Notes under the pieces: model-generated
Told to the model about the DNA's origin: nothing
Database searches by the model: none
Seen by the model: the letters and a program-made list of their open reading frames with translations, nothing else
Program-made: the position numbers and the translations under genes
From: Lama guanicoe
Taxonomy: Eukaryota
Direction of reading: 5' to 3'
NCBI GenBank assembly: GCA_013239625.1
Contig: MU054323.1
Span: 4,132,214 to 4,196,213, forward strand
DNA: 64,000 nucleotides
Part shown: piece by piece, positions 34,315 to 46,526 of the stretch
How positions within the stretch are numbered: the stretch's first letter is position 1
How the letters are laid out: each line of letters opens with the position of its first letter

Positions 34315-34996
34315 TTTTCCCTTCCAGAAACAACTCTTGACTATGTAATTTAATGCCCTCCGCCCTCCTTTCTCTGAGCTCTCTCCTGATCTCTCCCCCA
34401 AAGCAAAACAAAACAAAACAAAAAAAAACCAGGCACCTCTGTGAATATTTTAACTCAGCAAAGGCTGGCTCTCAGCTGGCCCCACCAACCTGATTCCATG
34501 TAGATGTGAGAATAGTCCTTCCCAACTCTTAAGCTTCTAGGATTATACAGGAGGGGACTCTCAGGGAGGTGAGGTTTCAAATGGGCCTTGAGGAACAGGA
34601 AGGCAAAGGAGAGAAGGGAGAACACACCAGGTGAGCCAAAGGAGTTCCAGCTTCTGTCTGTTCCTTCACCCTGGGTGACAAAGGTATACCTCTGGGGTAG
34701 ATTAGTTTTCTCTGAAAGAAGCTCTGTGGGCCATATAGGGCCCAAGCATTTGGCTTCTTTATCTTTATTCTGGATCAAGGAGTTAACAGCTGTGTTGTTT
34801 AGTGGTCAAGGAATCTGCCACGTGGTCAGTACTAGAGAGGCGTCCCTGGAGAAGACAGGCTTGTTGCTCTTCTGGGCTGCCAGGCCATAGTCCATGTGCC
34901 CCATCAGTGTCCCATAATTGTTCTTTACAACCCAGACTAGTTTTTGAAAAGGAAATATAAGTAAACTCAATGGGTCTGCCTCTTCTAGCACCCTCT

Positions 34997-35006
34997 ATGA
35001 CGTCAT
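34997..35006. promoter_or_regulatory. Full palindromic CRE (CREB/ATF) motif
   Basis: ATGACGTCAT with an intact CpG in unique sequence; function inferred only. Confidence 0.35.
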
Positions 35007-38000
35007 TCTTTTCCCAGAATGTATTCTTTTTTTTTTTTTTCCAGGGGACTTCAGCAGGTAATTTAAAAGACTAACAAACTTTGGCATAGATCACTTTAAG
35101 AGCCAGAGAGCTAGCCAGAATGTTAATGAAGCCGTCTAGTGATGGAGTTGCTTCCTGATGCGGGAACATATCAAAGAGGTTAGGTCCGTGAGTGTTGCTC
35201 TGCAGAGGCCCATCTCTATTATCTAGCTTTTAATTACTTCATTAAAATTCAGCAGAGAAGCTGCCCAAATCCGGTAGCGTGCCCAAGGCTTGCTGGGTGA
35301 TTTCCCTGCCTCTGGCCATACGCGATTTTTAGTTCCTTAGATCTCCAGAGATTGGAGGCCAGATCTTAGGCAGACAGATCTGCTGCTGCTGGCTGCATTA
35401 ACTCGCAGCGCTGGGGCTGCTACCTGCCTTGTGCACAGCTGGATTTCTGCCCTCCTTTCCCACAGGCAGCAGGACCCCTGCTTTTCTTGTGTCCTTCGGG
35501 AAGGAGCTGCCCTACAAAAGTGTTCGCCGATCTCAGAAGTCTCCTTGGTTAGATACGCGTGCTTTCTGAAACTCTTTGTAAGAGATAGATTGCCCCTTGC
35601 CTGTTCTCTTTAAAGCGGCAGTCACCATTTCAGCTTGGGTGGCTCATCTCGGAGAAGGGGACATGGTGGGCTTTGAATGAGAACGCTTTGGCTCTGTCCC
35701 TAGTTTTTCAGCCTCCTTGAGTCTCAGTTTTCCTATCTATAGAATGAAGCTGTGAAGTCGCCTGGTCCCTCCGTAACTCTACATTCTCTTGATCTTTAGG
35801 AGTACCAGTTTTCAACGAGGGGTGTAATGCAGCAACATTTGGATAAGAATCTGTACCAGTCAGCTTCTATCCTAAACTGTCCTTGTTGGCTCTCATTTCT
35901 AAATGCTGTTCCTTTTAGTGATACTTTTTGTCACTGCCCTCTTTAACCCTGGGATCAGGAAAACTGCCTTAGGCGTCTTTATTTTTAAACAATTTTTAGT
36001 CTACAGGGAATTCCATGAAGGTGGTACTACCTCCTTTTCAGAGTCCAGTGAGTGCATGGACTTTTGATGGCTGTGATGGCTGTTTTTAGATCCAGAGGCC
36101 CTTTTAATGTCTCTGGGTTTCCATCTGTGTTCCAAGTGGAGTGGATTTTTTTAGAAACACACTGAGTCAGCAAAAGACAATGCATCTAAGCGTGCCTGCC
36201 ACTTGGTGGAGGCAACATGTGCTTGTCAGTAAAAGTTGTAGAAGTTTCATCTGTCCTTTCTTTTGCTCCTTCTGCTTACCTTTGTTTATTTCACTTTTCT
36301 TCTAATCACTGTATCTGTCAAAGGGACGAACAAGGGGAGTTCAGGGTGTTCTGGGTTGTGGCCACCGGCGTCTCCAAGGGGCCTGCCGTGGAGATCCTGA
36401 TGTGACAAGCTTGGCTGAGGGCTTAGCAGCAGACGGCTCAGGAAGCATGCAGGGCTGAGCCCCCGGGCAGTAGGTCAGGGAGGAGCACAGCCTTTTGAAG
36501 AAGGAAGATTAAGGAGGAGAGGTTGTGCTGAAGTTGGAACCAGTCACACAGTGAGCCAGACTGAGATTTCCAACAGACTGTAAAAAAAAAAAAAAGTGTG
36601 TACTTTCTGAGTATTTCTAAGGTATCAAGAGCCTTTGACGAGCCCAAGGCCTTCTTCCCAGTAAGAGGAGAACCTGGGGCCCTTCTCAGCCCCAGCCCTT
36701 GGCTTTCTGGGGCATTTCTAAATCGAAGAGGTAAGGAGGCATAGGTGATATTTGAGGACTTAGCATTTGGCAAGTAATTGGCTCCAGAGCCAGATACCGC
36801 CTCTGGCCTTCGGAAAACCCTAGAGTCCTTGGATGCCATGGCGTTACTCAGAGAACTTCCTTATGTTTTCCCCCACTTTGGTGGATAAAACTTAACGCAA
36901 AGGGTGCTCTTTTTTATCATGTTTCTTTCTTCTGAATTTATTCGTCACTTAAAATGGTCATAACTCCCACAGTTTTATTTGAACTCCTCAGGTTTCTTTT
37001 TAAAAAGTCTTTTTGCTTTGTTTCTTTGTCTGGCTCAGTGTCTTCCTGTCTCTTTGGTGGTGGGGTGCGTATGCCATTTGGTAAAGGATGATCTCTCTGT
37101 ACTGTGTGACTGGTCTTGAGGACATGTGGCACTGAATAGCTGCCTGGGACAGCTGTTGGTTTAGTTATAATGGTGCTGCGGGAAAGGGCCCAGACTTGTT
37201 AGGAGCTTGGCATCCCTGTATGTTAAATGTTTGTTAATGGAAATGCCGTCTACCTTCTCTGCTTTGGAGACTTGTTATAAATGTCAGATGGACTATAGTC
37301 TATGAAAGAGTCTTAAAATTGTAAAAATTTGAAGTTTGAAGTCACACGTTCTTTGGCCAGGTGCTTGTGAAAACAGTGCCCACGGCAAGAATTAAAGTGC
37401 TAACGCTTTGTTTGGGAGGTGCAAGCCGAAGGTGATGGGAGTACAGGCAGAAGGGGGAAGTGAGGCAAGGCAAGATGAAACATAAAGCCGTGCTGTGTGT
37501 TGCTGTGCTGGCCGGAGGCTTGTGGTAAGCATCACGGAGACACATTAGATCCTCACCAGGCATGTTCCCGTGGCTCACTGGACTTCTCGGGAAAAAACAC
37601 ACTTTAAAGCAGTTCACATTGAGGAGAAAAGATGGTATTTATCTGTCCAAATTCCTGCCATTTTTATTTCTCTTTGGTCAAGGTTGCATCCAGAGGAAGT
37701 GACCACTTTTCGGTCGTGTCATCTAGCTTCTAGCAGGTGTTCAGAAAGCCAGAGCCCATGCCCTGTGATGCTGTATTTCGTACAGGTGCAGAAGTGAGGG
37801 GACAGCTTGGCGTAGGTGGGGCTCAGCCGAGAGAAGGAGACGGTTGAGGGAATCTGAGAAGGTGGCATACGGGCTTTGAGTCCTATATACTGACCTCTCC
37901 TTCTCAAAGTTAGAACTTGGAATCTGATGGAGTGAGGGGGTAGATACGGCTCAACTTCTCAATTCCTTCCTTCATCTCCATCTGCTGGAAATGACCATAT

Positions 38001-40436
38001 CCTGCTGACAGGCTCCTCAGCTCAGAATCCTCATCCAGGGGCTTTGCAGTAACAGAATAGCTTCTGTTGCCCCACCTCGGCCTCCCCTGGGGACCCAATC
38101 CAGCCTTATCCTCTCCACAATCCCTTACGAGAGGCCCAGATCCTTATTAAGAAACACTATGGATTTTTAGAGTAAAAAATCTATACAGGGACTTCAGAAA
38201 CAGTCTGGGGAGATTATAAAGAAATGTGGGCCAGTTTTCCAAGGAGATTTTATAGAATATTCAATAGCACTCATGTCATAAAAAGCCTATGGAGGTTTCC
38301 AAAGCTGAGTCTGGCCCTGAATTATGATTCCCTGATGCAGAGCCCAGCAAAAGGTCACAGCATAACAGATCAGGGCTTGATTCTGCGGCGCTTGTCAAAA
38401 TAGAGCCACCTCACTAAAACGCAGTGGGGATATTAATTTCCAGGGCTGAAGTTCAATTTAACAGAAAGACAGTAGAAAATAGAGCTGTCTTTTCAATCCC
38501 AGTGGTCATAATAGAACCCCACCCTGAACCTCTCTGCAAACTGTCTCCCAGCCAGCTCCCAGACATTCTGAAACGTGCCATGTGCTTTTTTTTTTCCTAT
38601 GATAACTGGAGCTGGGTGGCTGGAGGGGCAGCAATTACTGTCCACAGATGAGGAACCTGAGGCATTTGCAGGTTAATCTACTTTCTCACGGGCACAGAAC
38701 AAGTCAGCGGACGAGACAGTTTGCAGTTAGTAAAATCCTACTCCCAACTGGGAGCAGATGACCACATTTACATTTAACTTTTATTCAAGAAGGAAGGGTA
38801 TTAATGTGTATCCCTACTGGGTGTCCTTGTGTGAAGAGCTTGACATACATCTTTACACGTAATTTTACAGTGAATCTGACAGATCATTATTGTCTCCATC
38901 TCTTAGGAAACTGAGGCTCAGGAAGGTAAGGAAATTTCTCCAAATAACCCACATCGTCCTTGAAAGGCCTGGAGCTGATACCTGTGTCAGACGGCCTGAG
39001 TGGCATAGATTCATTCTCCTCTTGGCCCCACGGGCCTCTCTTCTGTCTTCTCAGCTTATCTGAATCCTCTGTGAGATTGGGAACTGTGTCCCGGCTCCCC
39101 TCCTGCTCAGTACCCAGCTCAGTGCCCAGGGAGATTTCTGGGGTGTTGAGAATATCTGGCCTATTATTCTTTGAAACTGGTCTTGGACTTTAACTAGAAC
39201 TTTCTCTCCTTACCGTCAGATTCAGTGAAATGCTAGTCTCTGGGTAGATGGGGAGCACTTGTGGGTGAATTTGTTCAGTTAAATGAGAATGGAAGCTTGA
39301 GGGCAGAGACGTTTGAAGGTCAGACAAAGGACCTCAGTTGATGGGGTGCAGAATTATAAATGGAAATGTCCTGAGATTTCACTAATTTTAAGGTGGACTC
39401 ACAGTAGGCACTTAATCAACATCTCCTGGGACTGTGGCAGTTTCTTCCTTGGACTCTCGCCATTGGTCAACAATGGCTGCTGCCTAGGCTGGAGCGCAGC
39501 AGAATAGCCAACCCCCATGACCAGTTGTGCTGGGAGGGTCTCAGCTGTCTGAGGGTCCGAGGCCTTAACACCTGCATGAGGGCAGATGCTGCCCTCACAC
39601 GTGTTCTCTGTAGGGCCTGTTGCCAAGGGCTCCTCCCGGAGGCAGAGGGGAACAGAGGCAGAGGCTGACCAGCGGCTGTGGGTCATGTGTGGGCTTTGGG
39701 CTCTGCCCCACCTGCGACTGAACTGAGGGAGGAACTATGAGAAATGCGAATGGAAGTACCACAGAAATAGTCCGTGCTCTTATTCTCTGTCTGCCTTGCT
39801 GCCTTGATTTGCCAGCCACTCACCTGGCTGCCTGTCAGGGGCATCAGCAGGGTGAAGGCATTCTACTGTCCCCACGGCAGTAATCACTGTGGTGAACTAA
39901 TGAGGACGTTATCTGAGGCAGTGACGGCCGCATGACCATGACCCTGGCTTGGGCTTATAAACAGGAACCCAGGATCCGCTGTGGTCTGTGGCACTTGTTG
40001 CTGCAGTCTGTGTCACACTCAAAAGGATCTCATTAGTGCCTGGGGAAATCTTCCCCGGCCCCTTCCTCTTCTAATGGTGAGCAGTTTTAATTGCATTCAA
40101 TCACCTTTTTTGATGACCTTGATGTCATCAAAATCTCCATTTTCTTATCTCCCAGATACTCCGAGACTGTATTTGTACGTGTTGCTTGCACCTAGTGGGT
40201 GTGAGATGGCTGCACACACGACTGAGCAGGGGCGTAGACTGATGTTTAATGGCATTTTGCGGGGAGTGCCGCAGCCTCCATATTTGCGCACAATGGAGAA
40301 TCTATTTTCAGCTCACACCCCATCTGCAAGTTACTTTTCTAGGCAAAAGGAGCAGAATTTACCCACCCACTTCCTATTACCACTGTGCGACCAGAACACA
40401 GAGGTAGCTAGGCAGAACAAAAGGTTTGGATAAGAG

Positions 40437-40622
40437 CAGCTGGCTCTCAAATTTCAGTGTGTGTTACACCTCCAGTACTTGGGTGGTGGTGTTAAAATGC
40501 AAGTGCATGATCTGCATCCTCAGAGACTGATTTAGTAGATCTAAAGTAGAGACCAGGCACCTGAATTTTGAACAACCTCTTCAGGCCATTTCCATTTGTG
40601 GGCCACACTTTTAGAACCACTG
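40437..40622 (+). mobile_element. MER5-type hAT element
   Basis: CTCTCAAATTTCAGTGTG...GTTAAAATGCA...CTGATTTAGTAGATCT...CCACACTTTTAGAACCACTG. Confidence 0.7.
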
Positions 40623-42232
40623 GGTTCGAAGAAATGAATCGGAGGCAGGACCCTCCGCATGGAGAGAAAAGCTTTTCCTGGGTAATAGTTAATTAGCAGC
40701 TGTTGGATGTAAACCTCTTCAATGAGGCAGTTGAAAAAACCTTAAAGTTTGGCTGGCCATATGCCCTGTTTTATATGGGTTCATGGGTTGTTGTAGATCA
40801 ATTAATACCTGTTAATTATTTTTAGTGCCTCTTCTCCCTCTCAAAAAAGTGTCTGGGTTTGGACAATAAATTATACAGTTACCCTAATTTAAAGCGAACT
40901 TTGAACAAGCTTTGTAAAGGAAAGAGACATTTCTTCCTGCCGACGCAAGTTCCGGAGATGAGTTAATCACTTCTCCAACCAGTGTCCTTGGAATCTGAGG
41001 GAAGGAGGAATGAGCGCATCACGTGTTGCTGAGCTACCCCCTCCTGTGTCCCCAGCTAAGGGGTCCCCCTAGGAAGGTTAAAAAGCCCCTGATCTCATTG
41101 AGGTCTCTGAGGCATAAATGATTCAAAAAGGCCACAGGCGTGTTTCCAAAAGCCTAACAATCTTATTAAAATCATGACTTACTCTCAGTAGATTCAAATC
41201 TGTTTATATCCAACTCACATATGGTAGCAACAGAAAACCTTCATTTTTTCCCTAATCTCAACAATCTTCTGTCTTGTTCAACATTCAGATTTTATTTCCA
41301 CAAACAGAGACGGCATTCTACATTTGAGGATGTCATTTAAGGCCAAGAAACTCCAATAAAAAAGCACTTATCAGCAGTAAAGTTTGTTTGAGGATTACCT
41401 ACTGTGAAGAAAGGCAAGCTCCCCTTTTAAACTGAAGCATGCTATTTCGGGAATGTGACCCCTTTCATGAATAAATGACATGGTGACATTTACAGATAAA
41501 GCAAGATTTAACTGCTATGAAAGAAGGTGACAAATGTCAGGATGTCAATAATGATCCGTGAACATAATGGTTTCTTACCTGAGCGCTGAGCAGATACATA
41601 ATGTAACTGCTGTCTGCCAGCATTCTGCAGAGAATGAGCCCCGCAGTCTGGGAATAGTCGAGAAGCACCCAGAACCAAGGGAGTCACGAGTCTGGGATGG
41701 TGAGTGCATGAGGCAGAGGTCTGAGTGCGATCTGGCTAAGAAATGAGCCCATTAATTCCTTCACGTTGCTCTCATGTCTGCATTTCGGGAAGGATAAAGT
41801 TTTTCCGTCATCTGTGGTTAAACGTTGTCTGTTAGAGGAGGATTCGGATGTGAAAACAACTTGCTGATTATGCCTTCATTTTCCTAAAGAGCCAAGGGTA
41901 TAGAGGAAATGTCAGGAAAAAGTCTGAGCTGTCACTAGCATGGGGAGGCCAGGGCCATGGGTGATGCCTGACCGGGTTTTGCAGGCTCAGAAGCCCATGC
42001 CAAGGCCACTTCCCTCTCCGACACGGAGCCAGCCAGCTCACAGAGCACAGAGCCAGAGTGTGGGTGGCTCAGCTGGCCTGGCTCAACACTTACGAAGATC
42101 CTTTCCTCTGGGCCCTGTCTCCTTCCTTGGATTCAGGGTACTGTTCCCTTCTGGTTCTGCTCGGACATCTTTGAAGCTGTTTTATGCTTGCTTTTACTGG
42201 CCTTGTTTTTCTCCTTTCTTAAAATTGGATGC

Positions 42233-42416
42233 CCCTGGTCAGTGGTAAATGTTTAACACCCAGCTCTTGGAAAACAAGCCCCAATTAGTTTGCAGTTTTT
42301 TGTGGTGTGTATACTGCCCCCCTTCCCTGCCCCGATTTTAAACTCCTTTTCAACACGAAGTTCACTGAACAGAGTTGAGAAGACGTGCACAGTTGCTCCA
42401 TCCAGCATCAATACTG
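42233..42416 (-). mobile_element. MER63A-like hAT-Blackjack element
   Basis: GGTAAATGTTTAACACCCAGCTCT...TCACTGAACAGAGTTGAGAAGACGTGCACAGT...TCCAGCA, antisense MER63. Confidence 0.65.
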
Positions 42417-45400
42417 TGCAGTGATCTCCCAGGTCCTCCTTGCTTTTCTACACTCACACCCCACCTCAGTTACTACTCTCTTCCCCCAGGTGGGACTATC
42501 TTTTCATGTGAAAAACCCCAAGTGCATATTCCAACCTCCATGTCTCTCCCCAGATCCAGCCCCATGCAGCCAGCCCAGAAGATGACTTCCTCTGCTCCCA
42601 CCTTTGCAGTTGTCTGCCTGATCCCCTCCTTCCTCTTTCACCTTCTAAGACAAGATCATACCTGACGTTTCCTCCTCCGTGATGTTTTCTGGGTCTGGCT
42701 CATGGTCTCCAGGTTGATCATAGCACCCCTACTCCTAACCCCCTGTCTGGGCAGTCTCTTTTCTCATCATATGTTAAGGCTCATGAGTGTCCAGCTGTTA
42801 CCTCATTTAACAATAAAATTGAGAAAACAGAGGCTCTGATACGTTTACTGACTTGCTGGAGATCCTCAGTGTATCATATCCAAGCTGTGTGTAGAACGCA
42901 GGTTTCGTGATTCCCAGGACTAGTGCCTTTTCCTGTGTGGCTCCATATTCTCCATTACTCCTAAAGGTACAGGCCCCGCTCAGATCTCCGTCTCCTCAGC
43001 ACCTCCACCCCCTGCCCGACCTCTTGCCCCACAGTGACTCCCAGGCCCTCCTCTGAGTTCCTGTGACAGGGTAGGGCCACTTCAGTGTTGACAGTTGTCA
43101 TTCTGGAGCCTCCAGTACCACATGGTGGCACATTTTGCTCAGTCTTCTTTCAGCCTCTTGGTATAGATGTGATTTCCTTGACAAATACCATGGTCCTGTC
43201 CCCTGTGGCTGCCGGGAAAGCTGTGAACTTTAAGAACAAGAGCAGGTCAGGAAGCAAGGTTGTCAACCAGTGCTGACAGGCCACCAGCCTCCATCAGCAG
43301 GGTGGGGGCAAGGCTTTGGGTTTTTGCCTTGGCAGGCGGGCATTTTTCCCTATGTGGGGAAGTCTCTCTAAGACAAACAAAGGGAATGACATTCTGCGTC
43401 TTTCTGCCCTTTGTGGGTCTGGATCACACATCCTACCTTGTGTGTATAGCAACCCCGTGCTCAGTAATGCTGTTGAGGTGAAGCCAAAGGCCCCCCCACG
43501 CCCAGAATCTGAGGCTGAATCTGAGTGACAGGATTCAGTTCAGGGAAGGGAGAAGTTTTTGTTGGCTGGAAGAATCAAGGATAATATTTTGGCTGAGGAA
43601 AGGTGTGAGCGGAGCTTTGAAAAATGGTCAGTATTTTGTGTGGAAGACAAGAGTTCGGACACTGGGGAGAGGAAGGCTTCAGTGAAGTTGAGTTTCAGGG
43701 TGGGAAAGAGGGGTTCTCTCTCATCTTCTTGCGGCTGCCAGTGGGCACTCAGCCTGAGAAAGCCGGTCCCCCATGGGGGAGACTTGAGGGTGTAAATGTC
43801 TTCTGACCTTTCCCTGAAGGAGGTAGATGATGGGGCCCCTACCAAGGATACTCCTTCCTGTGGGGGCCACAGAGTGGAGTGGGCCTAGTTCATGGGGTCA
43901 GGGCTGCCATCTGCCTGCTCACTGCCCTGTGTGCAGCCTACCGCCTCTGGCTGCAGAGAAGCCTTGCTTCGGCCATTCTGAGAGGTCAGTGGGGCCATCG
44001 TGGGCAGTGCCGGCGCAGACTGGGGGCCCCGCACCTTCCTAGCGGGTTCTGGGGCTTCAGCGTCCCGACTGACGTTTTTTCCTCAGCGCTAACTCACTTC
44101 CATCCTGCTTTGCTCTTACAAACTGACAAGGTTTCAACCCGAAGCAGGAGACTCGCGACGCCGTCATCAAGTACATGTGGAGAAAAGCTGAGAGGTAAAT
44201 GCATTTCACTGGAAGTCAATTTTGTCTGGAAGTTTCCCTGTGGTTGGAAGTTTCTTCGAAAACTTGGTGATTATTAAGATGTCAGTGGTAGAAAGAGTTT
44301 GCTGCTGCCTTCCTGCCGCCTGTCCCTGTCTGCTCTGACAGCCCTCCTCCTCGGGCCTCTCCACACAGTGGGGCAGAGAGAAGGCAAGGGACGCTGAAGG
44401 GTGATGGGTGGCAAAGGCCACTCCCTCGCTGAGGCCAGGGCCTGCGATGCTTGGTGGGTGGCCCCGCCACCTGTGCTGCAGGCCCTTCAGCGTTTTTCCT
44501 TCCCTCTTTGCAGGGCAGATCCCAGACAGTTGTGCTGCCAGAAAGTCACACAGAGTCAACTAATCTGTCATCTAGGAGTGGCTGCAGAATGTCTTTGAAG
44601 GAACAGTGTTCTTTGGCCTGGGAACCTTTTCTAGTGAGCTCTTTGCTTATGCAGAAAGCAAGGCCTGAGCCTAACCTGGGCAGGAGAGGGTGACAAAGGA
44701 GGCCCTACCGCTGCTCTGCCTACGGATGGACAGGCTGTGCCGTCGCTGTGGTCAGGGCAAGGGCTCGGTGTAAGCTGCCGAGGAAAGCAGGATGTGGCAC
44801 TCCGGATTTGAAGAGTGAGGAGAGAACTCCAGTGACCTGCCGTCTGGGAATGTTCCCAGTACCCAGCAGAGTGTGTGGGTGTATGTGTGACGTGCGGGTG
44901 AGGCTCTGGGTTCCCTAAAGAACGATCTGCCCTCCGCCATGAAATTGCAGCCTTGATGGGCACTCGAAGCTGTGGGTTCTGAAATGGACTTTGAGGCTTT
45001 CCTTTTCAGCACTGGCACATCCTCAGACTGCACTGAGTTCTGAAATTCTACAGCTGAGTGTCAGCCTTGGTGTGGAGAATGCCAGGAAAGAGGGTACCCA
45101 CATGTCAGGGGAGCAGAGTAGGAGGCACGGTGGGGGGGCCCAGAGACCAACATCAGCAGGAAGGGGCTCAGAGCATCCATGGACCGAACGGTAAGGAGCG
45201 GCCCCTGGGGTACTTGGCTGCCCGCCTTTCCTGGGCTTCAGAGCACTATTAGGAGAGAGGACCTGCTAAGAGACAAGATCTTTCTGCAGTCACAGAGGAG
45301 GAACTGGGTTATTTTTACTTCAGTAGAAAAGACATTGGTGACCCTGGAAGATGGGAAAATTAGGAATTCTGACATTTAGCACTTGATGCATTTAGATAAC

Positions 45401-45499
45401 CTGTTGAACAGTATTTTAGGTTCAGGCTCTGTCAAGGATACAGAGGAGAAAAAGATCCAGTGTCTGTCCTCAAGAATCTTTGGCCAGGGCTAGTGATTT

Positions 45500-45542
<43 letters not shown>

Positions 45543-45585
45543 CCATAATCATCATCATCATCATCATGACTACTACTACTATTAC
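45500..45585 (+). repeat. Compound (CAT)n/(TAC)n microsatellite
   Basis: About 22 mostly perfect CAT units followed by GAC(TAC)3TATTAC. Confidence 0.95.
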
Positions 45586-46167
45586 AGCAGAGTCTTATAT
45601 GATTTAGGAAATTTGCAACCTTTAAGGAGAAGGCTGGCTCTGTCCAGAACTCACCACAGCTGCTGGCGATGCTGTGGTCTTGTACTCTTTTCTGCAGTCA
45701 GCTATGGATTGTGGCTTCCTGATGAGAAAGGACAGAGAACACAAGAGCAGAGGGAAATTGCACTCATTTTTATTCTGCTGAAATGATTTTACTGTGAGAA
45801 GTCCACACGGTTCAGAGCAGTGTGCGTGCAGGCTGGAACTGGCATTCTGAAGACGGTCTCAAGTTTCAACCCAGATCATGCATTTAAGAGCTTCAACATC
45901 TCTCCATGTTCTTCTTTAGTACTGTAGTCAGGATGCCTGGCCTGCTGGAGTGCAGGGTTCTGGAATTCAGATATCTTCCCCAGAGAGCCGGGCATGAATC
46001 TGAATACCTAGCAGTCCCAGTCAACCTCGGCTGAGTTAAACAAAGGACAAAGAACCAGCTTCAGAGGGGTTTCCTCTCTCTCCACCAGTCAGCTTGAAAT
46101 TAGCAGCCATCGGTCTTCACAGTCCCCTGAGCAGGATTTTTGGGCAAGCAACTTGGGCCTTCCCTTT

Positions 46168-46526
46168 TCATCTTAGCTCGGGCTATCATAACGAAACACT
46201 GTAGACTGGATGGCTTAAACAGCAGAAATTTATTTCTCACAGTTCTGGAGGCTGGACGTCTAAGATCAAGGTGCCAGCCAATTGAGTTCCTGGCGAGGAC
46301 CCTCTTCGTGGTTTGCAGAGTTCAGTTGTCTTGATGTGCCCTCCTGTGGTGGAAGGAGACAGGGCTAGCTATCTTGTGTCTCTTCTGATGACACCAGTCC
46401 CGTCAAGTGGTCTCTACTGTCTTGACCTGCATACCTGCCAAAGCCTCATCTTGGAATACCATCAAATTGAATATGAGGTTTTCAACGTAACGATTTTGGA
46501 GGGACACAAACAGGTAGTCTGTAACA
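46168..46526 (-). mobile_element. MLT1A-like MaLR LTR
   Basis: GGCTTAAACAGCAGAAATTTATTTCTCACAGTTCTGGAGGCTGG...AAGATCAAGGTGCCAGCC...GGAGGGACACAAAC...TAACA. Confidence 0.85.

Noticed and set aside
36196..36209. CTCF-like CCACCAAGTGGCAG on minus
   Set aside because: Mismatch at a strongly conserved core G and an isolated occurrence; not supportable without a matrix score.
45460..45786. Poly-His/poly-Tyr ORF
   Set aside because: Translation of the (CAT)n(TAC)n microsatellite, with a GTG start inside an L2-like relic.
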